Shown here in pieces: positions 61,630 to 64,000 of a stretch of DNA of 64,000 bases; the stretch's first letter is position 1, and each line of letters starts with the position of its first letter. Location of the stretch: contig NC_135260.1 of assembly GCF_964204865.1 (NCBI RefSeq), forward strand, positions 13,888,001 through 13,952,000, given 5' to 3'. Made by a program: the position numbers and the translations under genes. The stretch is from Styela clava (lineage: Eukaryota). A model generated the notes under the pieces. It did not search any database and had not been told where the DNA came from. It saw only the letters and a list, made by a program, of their open reading frames with translations.

Positions 61630-63670
61630 TCAGTAATATTTAATATCAAAGTTAAGCATATCAGTGCGTGATTGTAACATTTTATAATTAAATTTTTCCA
61701 TTGGTTCTTTGCAATATTCTTGAATGGTTTGAACTAGTTCATATGTTAATAATTTTCGCCATTTCCTTGCAACTTTGCCAGGATCGCGTACAGTCTGAAA
61801 CGCGTCTCTTTCTCAGCTGAATATAATATTGTATTTCTCAAATCCGCCTTCGATCTGCAAAAGACAGACATTAAGTAGATTTGAAACTTTCAATTCTATC
61901 CAGCATTAACCATTACGAAAAATAAGCGCGTGCTTACGGCACCGGGAGAAAGCGGCACCACACAATATATCCGTGGACTAATTCCCAATGGTGCGTCAGT
62001 GTTTTTTAATGAAACCAATCGAATTTGTCAGACGACACAGACCTCAATATTAGCCTATTTGAAACAAATTTCTCAAGTTTCATCTACCTCTCCATCAATA
62101 TTTGTAAGTATTAGCGTTGTTTTCAAAATTATCCTGCAAATTAATAGGAACTTGGCCATCAATTAGTAATGAATACTGAAACTTACTTATTCAATTTCAG
62201 ATATCATAGAACACTAGTTTCATTATTATCAATTATACATAGGGCACCAAAATCTTAAGAGCCTGCGGCCTCCAAAAGGCGTGATCATGCCCTATGATTT
62301 AAATTATTTTGATAAATTCGTTAATTCCTAAAGCTTCTTTAGGTCTTGCAGATACTTTCGATGTGGCCTATAATTATAGTATAGTATTATAGTTAGTATA
62401 TTTGTAATATGTTATTTTATTTATAATGCATTCGTCCAAAGGTAAGTATTCAGGCCAAATTTATACACCCCGAAAGGAGAGATGCACTGATGCATTTTGG
62501 CCTGTACCATTGCAGAAAAATGGACAATACTGACCCGATATCAATATTCTCACCAAGTGGCATGACAAATACATATCAACGATTCTAGACTTATTTGCCT
62601 TCTTAAAGTTTTTGTCTATACAGTGGCAGAGGAAGTTGCTGCAAATTTGACATATAGTTTATCGTGTCATGACAATAAAAAATACAGACATATACATAAA
62701 TAAATACGTTGTATATACATTGTATTCATATCGTACCCTATTATTTTCCACCATTCTGAATACTTTTTCCGTTACATCTTCGATTAGTTCATCCATATTC
62801 ACAGATGATTCTGCCAAGTTCTTCTTTACTTCAGAAGGTAAATTCTTTCCAATAAATCTGAATTAACATGTTTACACTGATAATTATTACAGCACTCTTA
62901 ACAACGTGTTATTTTTATGTACATTTCTTATACGAGACATAAACACATTTTTGGATGTGGAATATTCATTTTCAGATTCTGAAAATTTGGTTTTAAAGTG
63001 ATATTCGATAACGTTTGCTCCAGCAGATTGAAGTAATCGTCTGTGTCTTGTCATTTTCATGGGAAGTAAATGTAACTGCCTCAAACATTTTATCGCAATA
63101 CGTTAACTATACTACTATACTGATTTAACAACATTGAGTATCATAATGCTATCTACTCAGGTATGCAAATTAGATTGTTTTACCTATAAATATTTTCAGC
63201 CTTCTGAATAGAATTTAATGCAAGAAATTCATATATATATATCTTATTCTTAAATATCGGTTGTCTCCCACAGCGCTTGCGCCATACAAATTTGAATGAT
63301 GCTCTGAAACTTAAGATTACAATTAATTGCCCAATAGTATGTTAGGTAGACGCGATAGTAAGGTACGTTTATCATACCCGCCATCATCTTGCTGACATAT
63401 TCGATATTCAGTTCGTTGACCCAAATCGGTGTCTGAAATGTTGTCCAAACGTGCTGCAAGTCTCGACGACATCGGATCTCTAATCAAGTGTATTACAAAT
63501 ACATTGTAGCCCATAGTTTTTAGGGTATGAATAAACTTCGTCCAGCACCTTCAAGGAACATATTCTTAATATCTTGAAAGCTCTGATATCGGATTCTCTA
63601 CAAATTTGGCTGAGGTATTTTTCTTGTAACGGAAACCCGCAAAGTTTCGAATTTGCTTCAAAATTTTGCC
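61630..63670 (-). pseudogene. Carbohydrate sulfotransferase pseudogene (copy C)
   Basis: Exon remnants homologous to copies A and B: CGFPL...ICRESDIRAFKILRICSL, IHLIRDP (exon 1, frameshifted, RAV missing); 63304-63184 RYLRIRY with an (AT)n expansion; 62857-62737; 61854-61630 with an in-frame TGA. The 5' part is displaced by a transposase fragment. Confidence 0.82.
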
Positions 63671-63674
63671 CCCT

Positions 63675-64000
63675 CGTCATACCTCAGATATTATGAGCCA
63701 ATCTAAAAAAAACATCGAGCGTGTAAAGGAAGCCTTTAAACATTTCTCCTACGCACAAAGCCAAGAGGAATTTGTGAACACGCTGCAACGAATTTCCGAC
63801 GATAAAGCTTTTCGCAAGCGAGCCTGTTTCAGTGATGAGACAACTTTTCATTTCTCAGGAAAGTTAAACAAACAACGTAAGACCGGAAAACCCCCATGCG
63901 AATAGAAAACATCAGCGAAATAGTCAAAAAGTGAATGTTTGGTGTGGAATCGTGTGCAATCGAATAATTGGGCCAGTTTTCTTCAACAAGGCATCAGTCA
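63675..64000 (+). mobile_element. Tc1/mariner-superfamily transposase fragment, internally deleted, running off the window
   Basis: NIERVKEAF, CFSDETTFHFSGKLNKQ, and in another frame SQKVNVWCGI..NRIIGPVFF. Confidence 0.8.

Overview
AT-rich, intron-rich animal genomic DNA. It is probably from an invertebrate deuterostome such as an ascidian, but that is inference only. Host genes, reconstructed by hand from splice sites and protein motifs: the 3' 910 codons of ATR kinase (+, 193-11044), a 13-exon ALG8 with a U12-type intron (+, 17795-23064), an intronless HDAC3 (+, 33406-34713) followed closely by a 2-exon SHQ1 (+, 35502-37293), and a tandem minus-strand cluster of three CHST1-family carbohydrate 6-O-sulfotransferases (two intact, one pseudogene). 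Mobile DNA: a decayed 3.0-kb pogo (DD35D) transposon, a 3.5-kb Mutator-like element rearranged into a near-perfect 1.49-kb-arm palindrome, a young 7.4-kb BEL/Pao LTR retrotransposon with apparently identical LTRs, several hAT MITEs and remnants, tRNA-derived SINEs and a Tc1/mariner fragment. Three observations stand out. (1) A tandem pair of equal-length (158 bp), both-open exons encodes the ATP-binding hinge of the ATR kinase domain, the signature of mutually exclusive splicing. (2) The BEL/Pao element has no tRNA primer-binding site; the sequence at that position is instead complementary over 13 nt to the predicted 5' end of its own RNA, suggesting Tf1-like self-priming. (3) The Mutator palindrome resembles maize Mu killer, a hairpin silencer. 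All coordinates and comparisons were made by eye; no searches or alignments were run.
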